This document shows positions 28,787 to 37,405 of a stretch of 64,000 bases of DNA, piece after piece. The stretch lies in IMG/VR virus record IMGVR_UViG_3300003890_000025, positions 15,149 to 79,148 of that record; one strand, 5' to 3'. Under the pieces are notes generated by a model. The model did no database searches. It was given only the letters and a program-made list of their open reading frames with translations, and had not been told where the DNA came from. The position numbers and the translations under genes are program-made. The stretch is from a virus. How positions within the stretch are numbered: position 1 is the first letter of the stretch; each line of letters begins with the position of its first letter.

Positions 28787-28919
28787 TGCAATAATCATGC
28801 CAAAATGTTAGGCATGACTTTTGCTACTGCAATAATCGTGCCAGTTAATTGGCATAGTTCTTGCTATAGCAATTATAATGCCTAAGAATAGCTGTTGGTC
28901 CATTGGCCCATTTCTTGCT
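28787..28919. promoter_or_regulatory. Array of six alternating-orientation sigma-54 (-24/-12) sites
   Basis: (-)TGGCATGATTATTGCA 28787-28802; (+)AGGCATGACTTTTGCT 28810-28825; (-)TGGCACGATTATTGCA 28828-28843; (+)TGGCATAGTTCTTGCT 28850-28865; (-)AGGCATTATAATTGCT 28868-28883; (+)TGGCCCATTTCTTGCT 28904-28919. Confidence 0.85.
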
Positions 28920-28972
28920 AATGACCCATATATATATTTATATAAGTTTAAATTATTAATTTATTTATAAAG

Positions 28973-29115
28973 TGTTTAAACTTTAGACAGAGTGTCTAAA
29001 AGTTAATAGCTTAATAATAATCCATAGTTAGCTTAAACTGTCTAAAAGTTAGTCTAGTTTTTAAAATAGCTAGGTCTGTTTTATCAAGGACTTAGCTAGT
29101 GGCACAGGCTATGCA
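28973..29115 (+). promoter_or_regulatory. Enhancer-type sigma-54 promoter: UAS-like sites + IHF site + -24/-12
   Basis: TGTTTAAACTTTAGACA (28973), TGTCTAAAAGTTA (28993, 29039), IHF TATCAAGGACTTA (29082-29094), TGGCACAGGCTATGCA (29100-29115). Confidence 0.75.
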
Positions 29116-29160
29116 TTAGTTAAAGTGTAGACTGAACGGTTACTAAAGAGAGGTGTTAAT

Positions 29161-29382
29161 ATGCTTTCTATGTTTATTGAAGAATATCAAGACCTATCGA
29201 CAGGGGATTGGTATAGAGCTTACGTAGACGTATGGTCTAATAGACTAGGCTATAAAGAGCTAGACGTTAGTAGCGTGGAGAAGTATATACACGGTATGTG
29301 GGTTAGGGTGTTAGAAGTACCTGACCACGTTAAAGACGGGCTCTTAGAGACTGCCGTATTTAAATATGAAAATAGAGTTTAG
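29161..29382 (+). CDS. Small early-type hypothetical protein
   Basis: GAGGTG RBS; first gene after the sigma-54 promoter. Confidence 0.65.
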   Translation: MLSMFIEEYQDLSTGDWYRAYVDVWSNRLGYKELDVSSVEKYIHGMWVRVLEVPDHVKDGLLETAVFKYENRV

Positions 29383-29425
29383 TCATTAAAGGTTTTATTT
29401 TGGTCATTTAAAAGGAGGTATATAT

Positions 29426-29557
29426 ATGGATAGAGTTTTAAACGTAATCTTAATAATAGCAGCCACTGTGGCTATATATAGCACTGTAATGGCTTTTAAA
29501 GAGTTTGACCCTCATCAAGTAGCACTAGATTTATTAAGTATACGAGAGGGGAGGTAA
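29426..29557 (+). CDS. Small single-TM protein (43 aa)
   Basis: AAGGAGGT RBS; MDRVLNVILIIAATVAIYSTVMAF. Confidence 0.65.
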   Translation: MDRVLNVILIIAATVAIYSTVMAFKEFDPHQVALDLLSIREGR

Positions 29558-29564
29558 TATATAT

Positions 29565-29768
29565 ATGAATAAATTAGAGGATATTAGTTCTAGGTCTACT
29601 AAAGAACTAAGTTTAATAGTGTTTAATACGGAAGAGCTGTATAAAAATAGGTTTAACTTGCCCGTTCTGTTTAAACTACTAGACAGTAGGTATATATATA
29701 CCACTAGTCAATTAAGTATACTACTAAAAGACTTGTATATAGATTTCTTTGAAATAGACCCTAAGTAG
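29565..29768 (+). CDS. Small hypothetical protein
   Basis: GGAGGT RBS. Confidence 0.65.
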   Translation: MNKLEDISSRSTKELSLIVFNTEELYKNRFNLPVLFKLLDSRYIYTTSQLSILLKDLYIDFFEIDPK

Positions 29769-29862
29769 AGTAACTCCTAAAAAAGGGGTATAATGAGCTA
29801 AAAAGAGCTAAAAATAGGAGAATACTATATAGCTCTCTAACATGTATAGAAAGGGGTGTTTT

Positions 29863-29952
29863 ATGAGACTGGCTTTGATAGTGGCGGCTTGGTGGTGGAT
29901 GCCTTGGTTTCTAGCCCTCCCCATCACCTTCTTCCTACTTTCCGAAGAATGA
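29863..29952 (+). CDS. 29-aa hydrophobic peptide
   Basis: AAAGGGGTG RBS; MRLALIVAAWWWMPWFLALPITFFLLSEE. Confidence 0.55.
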   Translation: MRLALIVAAWWWMPWFLALPITFFLLSEE

Positions 29953-30161
29953 TCAATTATATTAAATACTTAACACTAAGTAAGACTTTTTACAGCACCT
30001 TAACTTAGTGACATAACACTAAAGCGGTACGTATAATAAATTACACTATAATGTACCATATATGTTAATATATATTAACCTATATTACTATATATATTAA
30101 TAATATATTTATATTATAAAGACTTATAGACTTATTATAATAAATTTAATATAAATATGTA

Positions 30162-30190
30162 TTGACTATACTTAAATATATAGGTATAAT
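30162..30190 (+). promoter_or_regulatory. Sigma-70-type promoter TTGACT-N17-TATAAT
   Basis: Near-consensus match. Confidence 0.75.
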
Positions 30191-30234
30191 CAATTTTTAA
30201 ATGTAGTCGCTTTTTAAGAAAGGAGCTTAAGAAA

Positions 30235-30576
30235 ATGTTAACCTACTCTAAATGTAAGGATTTATTAGGCGTTAAAGATAAAATAAAATTAGAACGTAAT
30301 ACTTACCTCATTAAAAACTTAGAAGGAAATACTATAGTTTTTAAAGTGAAGTTTTATAGTACAAATATTTTAACCATTTATGATAACGGTTTTTTTAAAT
30401 ATAACACAAACAGGTGGTTTACTGTTTCGACTAAGGCCAGATTGAATAGGTACGGTCCGGTTAAGGTTTACCAAAAAAATAAAATATGGTACATAAACGG
30501 AATACCGTTTAAAGATAATTTGATATATGATTCTATAAATAATAATTTAGAATTAACTAACTATAAGGGAGTTTAA
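30235..30576 (+). CDS. Hypothetical protein
   Basis: AAGGAG RBS. Confidence 0.65.
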   Translation: MLTYSKCKDLLGVKDKIKLERNTYLIKNLEGNTIVFKVKFYSTNILTIYDNGFFKYNTNRWFTVSTKARLNRYGPVKVYQKNKIWYINGIPFKDNLIYDSINNNLELTNYKGV

Positions 30577-30931
30577 ATTATGAGAATTTTTCATATATTT
30601 TCAAAAACAAGGCATAGACATTTGAGGGTTTACTTAGGTGAAATCCGAGCAGATACTCTATTTGAAGCAATGAAAAAAGCTCAATTAGTATTTCAAAAGT
30701 CTATACACGACCTAGATTTAATAGAGCTTTAATAATTATGGAACTTTTAGAAAAATTATTATTAATAGGGTTTAATATAATATTAATATTAGGAGGGATT
30801 TTATGTCGGATTGGTCAATGAGGTTACTTTTAAATAAAATAGACTTAGATAATACTATAGCTATAATTATACCTAACTTTTGTTGTGTTTTTATAAACAA
30901 AAACAGTAACTTAGAAGTATAGAGGTGTTTT

Positions 30932-32224
30932 ATGAATAATAATAATAATAATGATTTAGATAGAATAGTGGTTGGTGATCGAGTATATTTAGAAAACAAA
31001 ATCGGTCTAGAAGAACGACTCATAGAACATTTAACGCGAAGTGATTATTTAATTGTAACTGATATCAGAAATAACCTTTGCGATATAGTTACCCCGAACG
31101 GGACAAAAATAAACATTTTATTTTTACACAGATTTAAAAAAATACCTTCACTTAAAATTAATGAAGATACAAAAATTGTGTTAGAAAACAATAGGTTAAA
31201 ATTAATTACTAATAAAGAACACCTTTCAAGAAAAATTAACAAAAAACAGCAACTATTAATTAATGATTCGTTAAAGTATGGAAATAATTATGCTTTATCA
31301 TTTTTTGGTCATAAATTAATAAATCAAACATGGAAGATACTTATAGATAAATACAAAGATAAATCCGTTCTAAATAATATACCTCTAGCTACAGATGTAG
31401 AGGTACCTCCTATCTGCTACAGACCAACTAACGTCTTTTTATCTTTACAAAAGACGCTATACAATCCGCTCAGTGAAAAAAGACCGATTGGAAAGGATTT
31501 TGGACGTTACTTTGGAGTAGAAATCGAATGTTTCATACCTAATAAAAACTTCGACCAAATAGCTGAATTGTTAAGATCAAATAAAATAAAGAACGTCTCT
31601 CTTGCCAGAGATGGTTCTTTAAGCATTGACAAAGATTATTGGACTCCTGTCGAATTCAGAGTTTTAACAAAAATAAATGATTTTAATAATTTAGAAAAGT
31701 TATTGGATTTATTAAACTCTTGGGGTGCAGAGGTCAATAGTACTTGCGGGCTACACGTGCACCTAGATATGAGGCACCTAAAAAGTAAAGTCTCGGTTAA
31801 GAAGAGAGCTGAAAAATTGTTAAAATTTTTACCAATGCTCAAGGCGATGGTACCTAAAAGTCGTATTGAAAACGAATTCTGTAAACTTGATATAAGCAGT
31901 TTTGGAAATAGGTACGCAGCTATAAACCTGGAATCTTTTAAAAAACATAAAACCATTGAAGTACGACTTCACAGTGGGACTATTGATAAAACCAAAATCA
32001 TTAACTGGTGCAAGTTATTGTATATTATAATTAATTCAAAAATTGATAAATTTTATGATTTTGATTATAACATCACGAAAGCTTGTAAAATGTTAAAATT
32101 AAGTCAAGAATTGGAATTTTATGTTCGTTCTAGAATCCGAAAATTCAAGCCAATTCTTTTAGAAGTAGACCAGTTAAAAAATCAACCAAATCAGCCAATA
32201 GTACAACCTCACAATTCATTATAA
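30932..32224 (+). CDS. Putative amidoligase (COOH-NH2 ligase type 2)
   Basis: FGVEIEC, RDGSL, NSTCGLHVHLD, RYAAIN, TIEVRLHSGT. Confidence 0.85.
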   Translation: MNNNNNNDLDRIVVGDRVYLENKIGLEERLIEHLTRSDYLIVTDIRNNLCDIVTPNGTKINILFLHRFKKIPSLKINEDTKIVLENNRLKLITNKEHLSRKINKKQQLLINDSLKYGNNYALSFFGHKLINQTWKILIDKYKDKSVLNNIPLATDVEVPPICYRPTNVFLSLQKTLYNPLSEKRPIGKDFGRYFGVEIECFIPNKNFDQIAELLRSNKIKNVSLARDGSLSIDKDYWTPVEFRVLTKINDFNNLEKLLDLLNSWGAEVNSTCGLHVHLDMRHLKSKVSVKKRAEKLLKFLPMLKAMVPKSRIENEFCKLDISSFGNRYAAINLESFKKHKTIEVRLHSGTIDKTKIINWCKLLYIIINSKIDKFYDFDYNITKACKMLKLSQELEFYVRSRIRKFKPILLEVDQLKNQPNQPIVQPHNSL

Positions 32225-32251
32225 GCCGTTAGAAAGAAAGGACATAAAAAC

Positions 32252-33157
32252 ATGTGTAAAATTTTTGCAATGTCAAATACTAGTAAGTTAACCAGAAAAA
32301 ATTTCATAAATTTACTAAGAATAGTTCATCCAATTATAACACATTCTGAAGTAGATGGTTTTGGGTGGGCAGTTCTAGGTGAATCAGGTATTTACGGAGA
32401 AAAATATATCAATCCGACGGAATTTGACTTCAGAATTTTTAATAATGTTAAGGAAAATAAAATACTAAAAGAATTAATAAAAGAAGAGGCATCTTCATTT
32501 GGCCAGGCATCTAAACCGATAGGGCCGCTTTTAATCCACGGCAGAACTAGTACAAATGACAAAACATTAACAAACACGCATCCATTTATTAAAAATAATT
32601 GGACATTGATTCACAATGGAGTAGTAGATAATCTTGGAGAAACGTATATTATGGATTCTACTTGCGATTCGGAGCACCTTATACATTATCTTTCGTCAGG
32701 TGGAATAGAATCTATTGAAAAATACGTCAGTGGTTATTACGCCGTGGCAGCTATTGACCCTAACGGAAACTTGCATGTATTTAAAGACGACATAGCATCA
32801 CTCTATGTAGCTTATATAAAAACTATTGATAGCTTTATTTTCTCTACCACAAAGGACATGATTTCAATAACTTGTAAGAAAATGAAATGGGAATACACAG
32901 AAATAAATCCCATGAAAGGTAATTTTTATATGGTTATAAATAAAGAAAATGAATTATTATATAGTAGGAAAATAAAACCTTTGAAAGTTTATTACGACTC
33001 TACTAGACAAAAAGCGTCAATAGCCTTTAAGGGCAGTGTAGACACAATACTATCAGAGTCTATAAATGAAACTCATCACTTAAGTAGATTGTCTTTAAGA
33101 GATTTTGAAGACACAGCCTACTACACAACAGACAACTTTAATAAAAATAAAACATAG
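32252..33157 (+). CDS. Class II (Ntn) glutamine amidotransferase
   Basis: N-terminal MC, DGFG, HGRTST, NTHPF, HNGVV, CDSE. Confidence 0.88.
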   Translation: MCKIFAMSNTSKLTRKNFINLLRIVHPIITHSEVDGFGWAVLGESGIYGEKYINPTEFDFRIFNNVKENKILKELIKEEASSFGQASKPIGPLLIHGRTSTNDKTLTNTHPFIKNNWTLIHNGVVDNLGETYIMDSTCDSEHLIHYLSSGGIESIEKYVSGYYAVAAIDPNGNLHVFKDDIASLYVAYIKTIDSFIFSTTKDMISITCKKMKWEYTEINPMKGNFYMVINKENELLYSRKIKPLKVYYDSTRQKASIAFKGSVDTILSESINETHHLSRLSLRDFEDTAYYTTDNFNKNKT

Positions 33158-33912
33158 GTTAAATTATGTTCAAAAGAATTAAAACTAATATAGATAATAA
33201 CTTATTAAAAACACTGGCTGCGAAGTTAAATAGGTGTTTAAATAATTTAAATAAAAACCAAGTTGATCATAATAAAGATTTAATAGAAATAGCTGACTTA
33301 GTACAAAAAGTTATCTATGAATTTGAAAAAATAGAGAAGGAGTTAGACAATGTATATTATAAGCACAAAATCAAAGAATAAACTACTAAAAGAATTCATA
33401 TCATATTTTAATAGAAAATTCATGAGGGATTCAGAAGAAGAAGATAAGAATTGGGTAGAATATTATTATTTGACCAAACTTATTGAATATATAGAAACTT
33501 TAGAAGAAAATGGAGGTAAAACTAATGAAAATTTTAAGTAGATTTGTAGCTTATTTATATTTTATCATGGTTATAATCGTGATTATATTAAGCATGCCTG
33601 TAATACTATTTAAAAGTCATAACAAGAGAAAAGGTAAGGTATGACACAAAAAGAAATAAAGTCTTGTATAGTCGATGATAAATATCTTGTAAAAAAGATT
33701 AAAAATGGCTCTTATAGAGTATTTAATATCGACCGTGGGGATATAGTAGCTGATTTCCCTGTCTTCCCTATACTAGACCCATCTTCTAAAATTGAAGTCA
33801 TAGAATTTGAAGATTATGAAGAAGTCAATAAAATTAAGTGTTTGTGTGATATTATCGTTTTACTAAACAATGGCTGTAAATGTGGAGCCATAGAAAAAGA
33901 AAGGACATTTAA

Positions 33913-34248
33913 ATGAATTATAATTTTCCAAATAACATTGATTTAAAAAAGAAATTAGGTAAAATACAGCCTGAAGTATGGAATAAATACGTATTTAAAT
34001 TTAAAGGAAATTTTCTTATACACGATGAGGTTATAACGGAGGACGCAGTTATAGCAAAAACACAAGAAGCGGCTGAACGTATTTTATTTAAGAGCCACGT
34101 AAACCTAACTAAAAAGTGCTTCTATTTGGACAGAGTAGAAGAGATAACATTATTCGAGACACATAAGAGTACTGTTACTCCTAAAGAAGATATACTACTA
34201 CATAATTTAGAAGATCAGTACAGTTCTAATGATGATGAGAATTATTAG
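33913..34248 (+). CDS. Hypothetical protein
   Basis: One of a run of short coupled ORFs at 33166-34248. Confidence 0.55.
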   Translation: MNYNFPNNIDLKKKLGKIQPEVWNKYVFKFKGNFLIHDEVITEDAVIAKTQEAAERILFKSHVNLTKKCFYLDRVEEITLFETHKSTVTPKEDILLHNLEDQYSSNDDENY

Positions 34249-34538
34249 TAAAGTATATAGTTATATTAGTTTTTTTACAATAGGCTATAGAATAATTGAT
34301 AGGAGTTTTAGTTATGTATAACAAAGGAATTCTACCAACACTTTCTGACAACGAGCAAAGCCATTCTAACCGTTTTAGGGGGATGGGTTCACCAGATTCA
34401 CTTAGAACATCAATTAACTCAAAGGAATCCGAATCAGTACCAATACTAAATAATTCCTTTATAAAATCTGATTCTAAATCATCGTTTACCATTTATAAAT
34501 ATAGTTGTTTTGTGTATGGAAAGGAAAGGAGTTAAGTT

Positions 34539-35042
34539 ATGACAAAATATAATACCAGACACATTTCAAAAGTTTTAGTCACTATAATAGCAGTATTAAT
34601 ACATTTATTTTGGTACGTCAGTTTTAGTAAAGCAGCCAATGAAGTAAAACTAGATGAGTGTGCTCGTAAATTAGGCTTTAAACGCTCTATAAGCCTCTAT
34701 AAGACGTTAATAGAGGTAGCTAATACCACTGACCTAGACCCTATTGATCTGTTAACTATAGCGATTTTAGAAAGTTCTATAAACCCTGAGGTCATAAGCT
34801 TTAACAAAAACCGTACCTATGACATAGGTTTACTAGGAGTCAATAGTAAATCTGCTGAACACTATTGCAAAGATTTAAATGTTTTCAATGAATACGACTC
34901 AATACTATGTGGAGCTAAAATATTGAAACGTAGACAAAAGACACAAGGTTTCATGTGGCAAGGCTCTTACCACAGCTTTACTATGTCTAATAAAATAAAT
35001 TATTATAATAAATTCATGAGGTTAAGAAATGCGTGTAGGTAA
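34539..35042 (+). CDS. SLT-family lytic transglycosylase, exported
   Basis: N-terminal TM; AILESS...DIGLLGVN...GSYHS. Confidence 0.8.
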   Translation: MTKYNTRHISKVLVTIIAVLIHLFWYVSFSKAANEVKLDECARKLGFKRSISLYKTLIEVANTTDLDPIDLLTIAILESSINPEVISFNKNRTYDIGLLGVNSKSAEHYCKDLNVFNEYDSILCGAKILKRRQKTQGFMWQGSYHSFTMSNKINYYNKFMRLRNACR

Positions 35043-35544
35043 ACTGAATGTATCACTATCAAAATCTGGTAACAATGAGCCAGTAATACATTTAAAACTT
35101 AAAAACGAGGTTATAGATGGTATTACGCACAGATACTATACCATAACAGACGACGGATTAGAATTAAGATTAAGACTGTCCACATTAAAGGGTATAGTAA
35201 AGTACGTTAAAGGTATCCTCACAAAGATGGGCAAGAACGAATGAAAGAGTTTCAGAATAGACAAATAGTCATCGTATTAGACGTACCTACAGGGAGCGGT
35301 AAGGTGGACATGTGGGCAGTCTATATAGGCCCTGCCTCAGGCACTAATAAAGGTAAGTTAAAAGTATGGTTATTAGGAGAAACAGAGTTCTACGCAGAAC
35401 CCGATAAGGTACTAAGTAAAGAAGAACATAGGAAACTAGGAGGTAGGAGTGTTAAATAAAATGTAAATACCTGTAAAAATTAAAATAACTAAACAGTAAG
35501 ACGATACGATTGTAAAGGAGTTATAAGTGTGTTATAATAAAAAC

Positions 35545-35858
35545 GTAGGTTTAATAGCCAAACTGTTAGCCTTAAAAACAGTGGCGCAGAACGAAACACT
35601 GCACGATGCGGCTAGGCTTAGTAAAAAGCGTAACGTGAAGGAGCCTCGTACCCCACCACGTAGGGATATGAACAGCCAATTAGACGCTCGTAAACATAGA
35701 GATGACGTTCTAGTCTGTGGTCGAATAGAGTTGCTTAGCTCCTTGCTTGGCTCAAAGCGCGTATTCGAATTTAAGGTAGGTCACTTGTTAGAATTAGTCT
35801 CGCTTAATAAGTCCAAGGTTCAATATGGTGCTAGTACGCGCCAAGGGTGGGGTGTATC
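35545..35858 (+). ncRNA. Candidate structured RNA / 5' leader
   Basis: TTGTAA-N17-TATAAT promoter at 35510-35538; long-range pairings TACCCCACC/GGTGGGGTG and GCGCGTA/TACGCGC. Confidence 0.45.
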
Positions 35859-36290
35859 ATGAGTTTTGATAAATGTGGTAAATCAATGTATAGGGTTAAG
35901 CTACGATCTGGTGAAGTATATTTAGTCGGTAGAGTTAAGGGTAGTAAAACGGTTGATGTCAGGGGGTTAGATCACATGTATTATGACTGGGATCTATATG
36001 ATATAAAGACAAGTTTAGGTATTGATGAGCATAGTGATTTTAAGAAACCTAATCCACCTTTAGCTAACAGTAATAGTGAACTTAATAAAGAAGACAACAT
36101 AGAGAATAGGTTAAGTGAGATAAAGTCAAGTATTGAGAGATTTGAGAGGTGGCAGAAAAACCCTGAACTAGATATAAGAAGTGAAAAAGAATTATCAAGT
36201 TTTAATGAAGATAAAACCTACATTGTACTTTTTATATTTTTTGTATTATTATTTATTGCTTGGCTTAGTTTAGTCATGTTATACTTATAA
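35859..36290 (+). CDS. Hypothetical protein with C-terminal TM
   Basis: ATG 35859; hydrophobic C-terminus. Confidence 0.55.
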   Translation: MSFDKCGKSMYRVKLRSGEVYLVGRVKGSKTVDVRGLDHMYYDWDLYDIKTSLGIDEHSDFKKPNPPLANSNSELNKEDNIENRLSEIKSSIERFERWQKNPELDIRSEKELSSFNEDKTYIVLFIFFVLLFIAWLSLVMLYL

Positions 36291-36479
36291 TAAGAGGAAT
36301 TATGAAACATAGGAAAGTAATAAAAAGGTATAGTGATAAGTGGTTAGACCATAAGTCGTTTGTTGAAGAAGATGGTAAGTACGTATTACGTAGTGCTAGA
36401 CAATTAATGACTAAGATCAGTAATGACAAAGAGAAAAATAATAAAACCTTAACTATTGAAGAAAGGGAGAATTTAGAAA

Positions 36480-37079
36480 ATGAAAACATCAGAAAAGATT
36501 GATATTTTACTTCCAGCTCTATTTAAAGCCAAAGGAGAATTAAGGGATTTGGTTAAGAGTTCTGATAATCCTTATTTCTCTAGTACCTATGCTGATCTAA
36601 ACACTCATTTAGAAGGTACAGAACCTATTCTAAGGAATAATGGCTTTATAATCCTACAACCAGTGGTTAGGGATGAAAGAGGCAGTTTTGTAGAGACTAT
36701 ACTTATGCACGCTAGTGGACAATATATATCCTCTCAAATGGATTTAGTATCCGCTAAAGGTAGCATGCAAGATTTAGGTAGTGCTGTTACATACGCTAGA
36801 AGGTATACTTTAGGCTCTATTCTAGCTCTAAGGGCAGTAGACGACGACGGTAACGCAGCTACTGGACTAGACTTAAATAAAAAAGCAGTAAACAAAGATT
36901 TTAAAAAAGAAGTAAAAGAGACTAAGTCTAGTGAGCCCGTAAAAACACAAACAGTTGTAACTAACGAAACAGCTACAAGCTCGACCAACACAATAAAAAG
37001 TAAACCGACTCCTTTTAGGAGACCTAACAGTAAGGCAGTACCTACTACTACTACAAACGGTAGTGGGTGGGGATCTTAG
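36480..37079 (+). CDS. ERF-family ssDNA annealing protein
   Basis: NPYFSSTYADL...HASGQYISS...QDLGSAVTYARRYTL...DDDGN. Confidence 0.9.
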   Translation: MKTSEKIDILLPALFKAKGELRDLVKSSDNPYFSSTYADLNTHLEGTEPILRNNGFIILQPVVRDERGSFVETILMHASGQYISSQMDLVSAKGSMQDLGSAVTYARRYTLGSILALRAVDDDGNAATGLDLNKKAVNKDFKKEVKETKSSEPVKTQTVVTNETATSSTNTIKSKPTPFRRPNSKAVPTTTTNGSGWGS

Positions 37080-37131
37080 TATTATAAACATTTAATAAAA
37101 CTATAATCTAAATAATAGGAAGGTATTACAT

Positions 37132-37374
37132 ATGGCATATAAAAAAATTGGATCAGTATTAAAAGGTAAAGAAGGTGGTTCTTATATTAAGATTGATGAG
37201 GATGTTAATCTTAAGAAGGGTACATTTATAAATGTATCAGACCCTAGAACAAAACCTGATACTCTACTAGAACTAGGTAAAATTTCAGAAGAAGTCTATC
37301 ATAAAATGAAAGAAAAGGCAGATAAAATTCCAGAGTTTGTTTTATTTGAACTTTCTATAAAATCTGACGAATAG
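37132..37374 (+). CDS. Hypothetical protein
   Basis: AGGAAGG RBS, follows ERF. Confidence 0.6.
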   Translation: MAYKKIGSVLKGKEGGSYIKIDEDVNLKKGTFINVSDPRTKPDTLLELGKISEEVYHKMKEKADKIPEFVLFELSIKSDE

Positions 37375-37405
37375 TATTGTAAGGCATTAATTATATTTAA
37401 TATAT

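Noticed and set aside
28787-28919. Array as a CRISPR or plain tandem repeat
   Set aside because: Units alternate in orientation, are separated by only 2-20 bp, and conserve only the -24/-12 positions.
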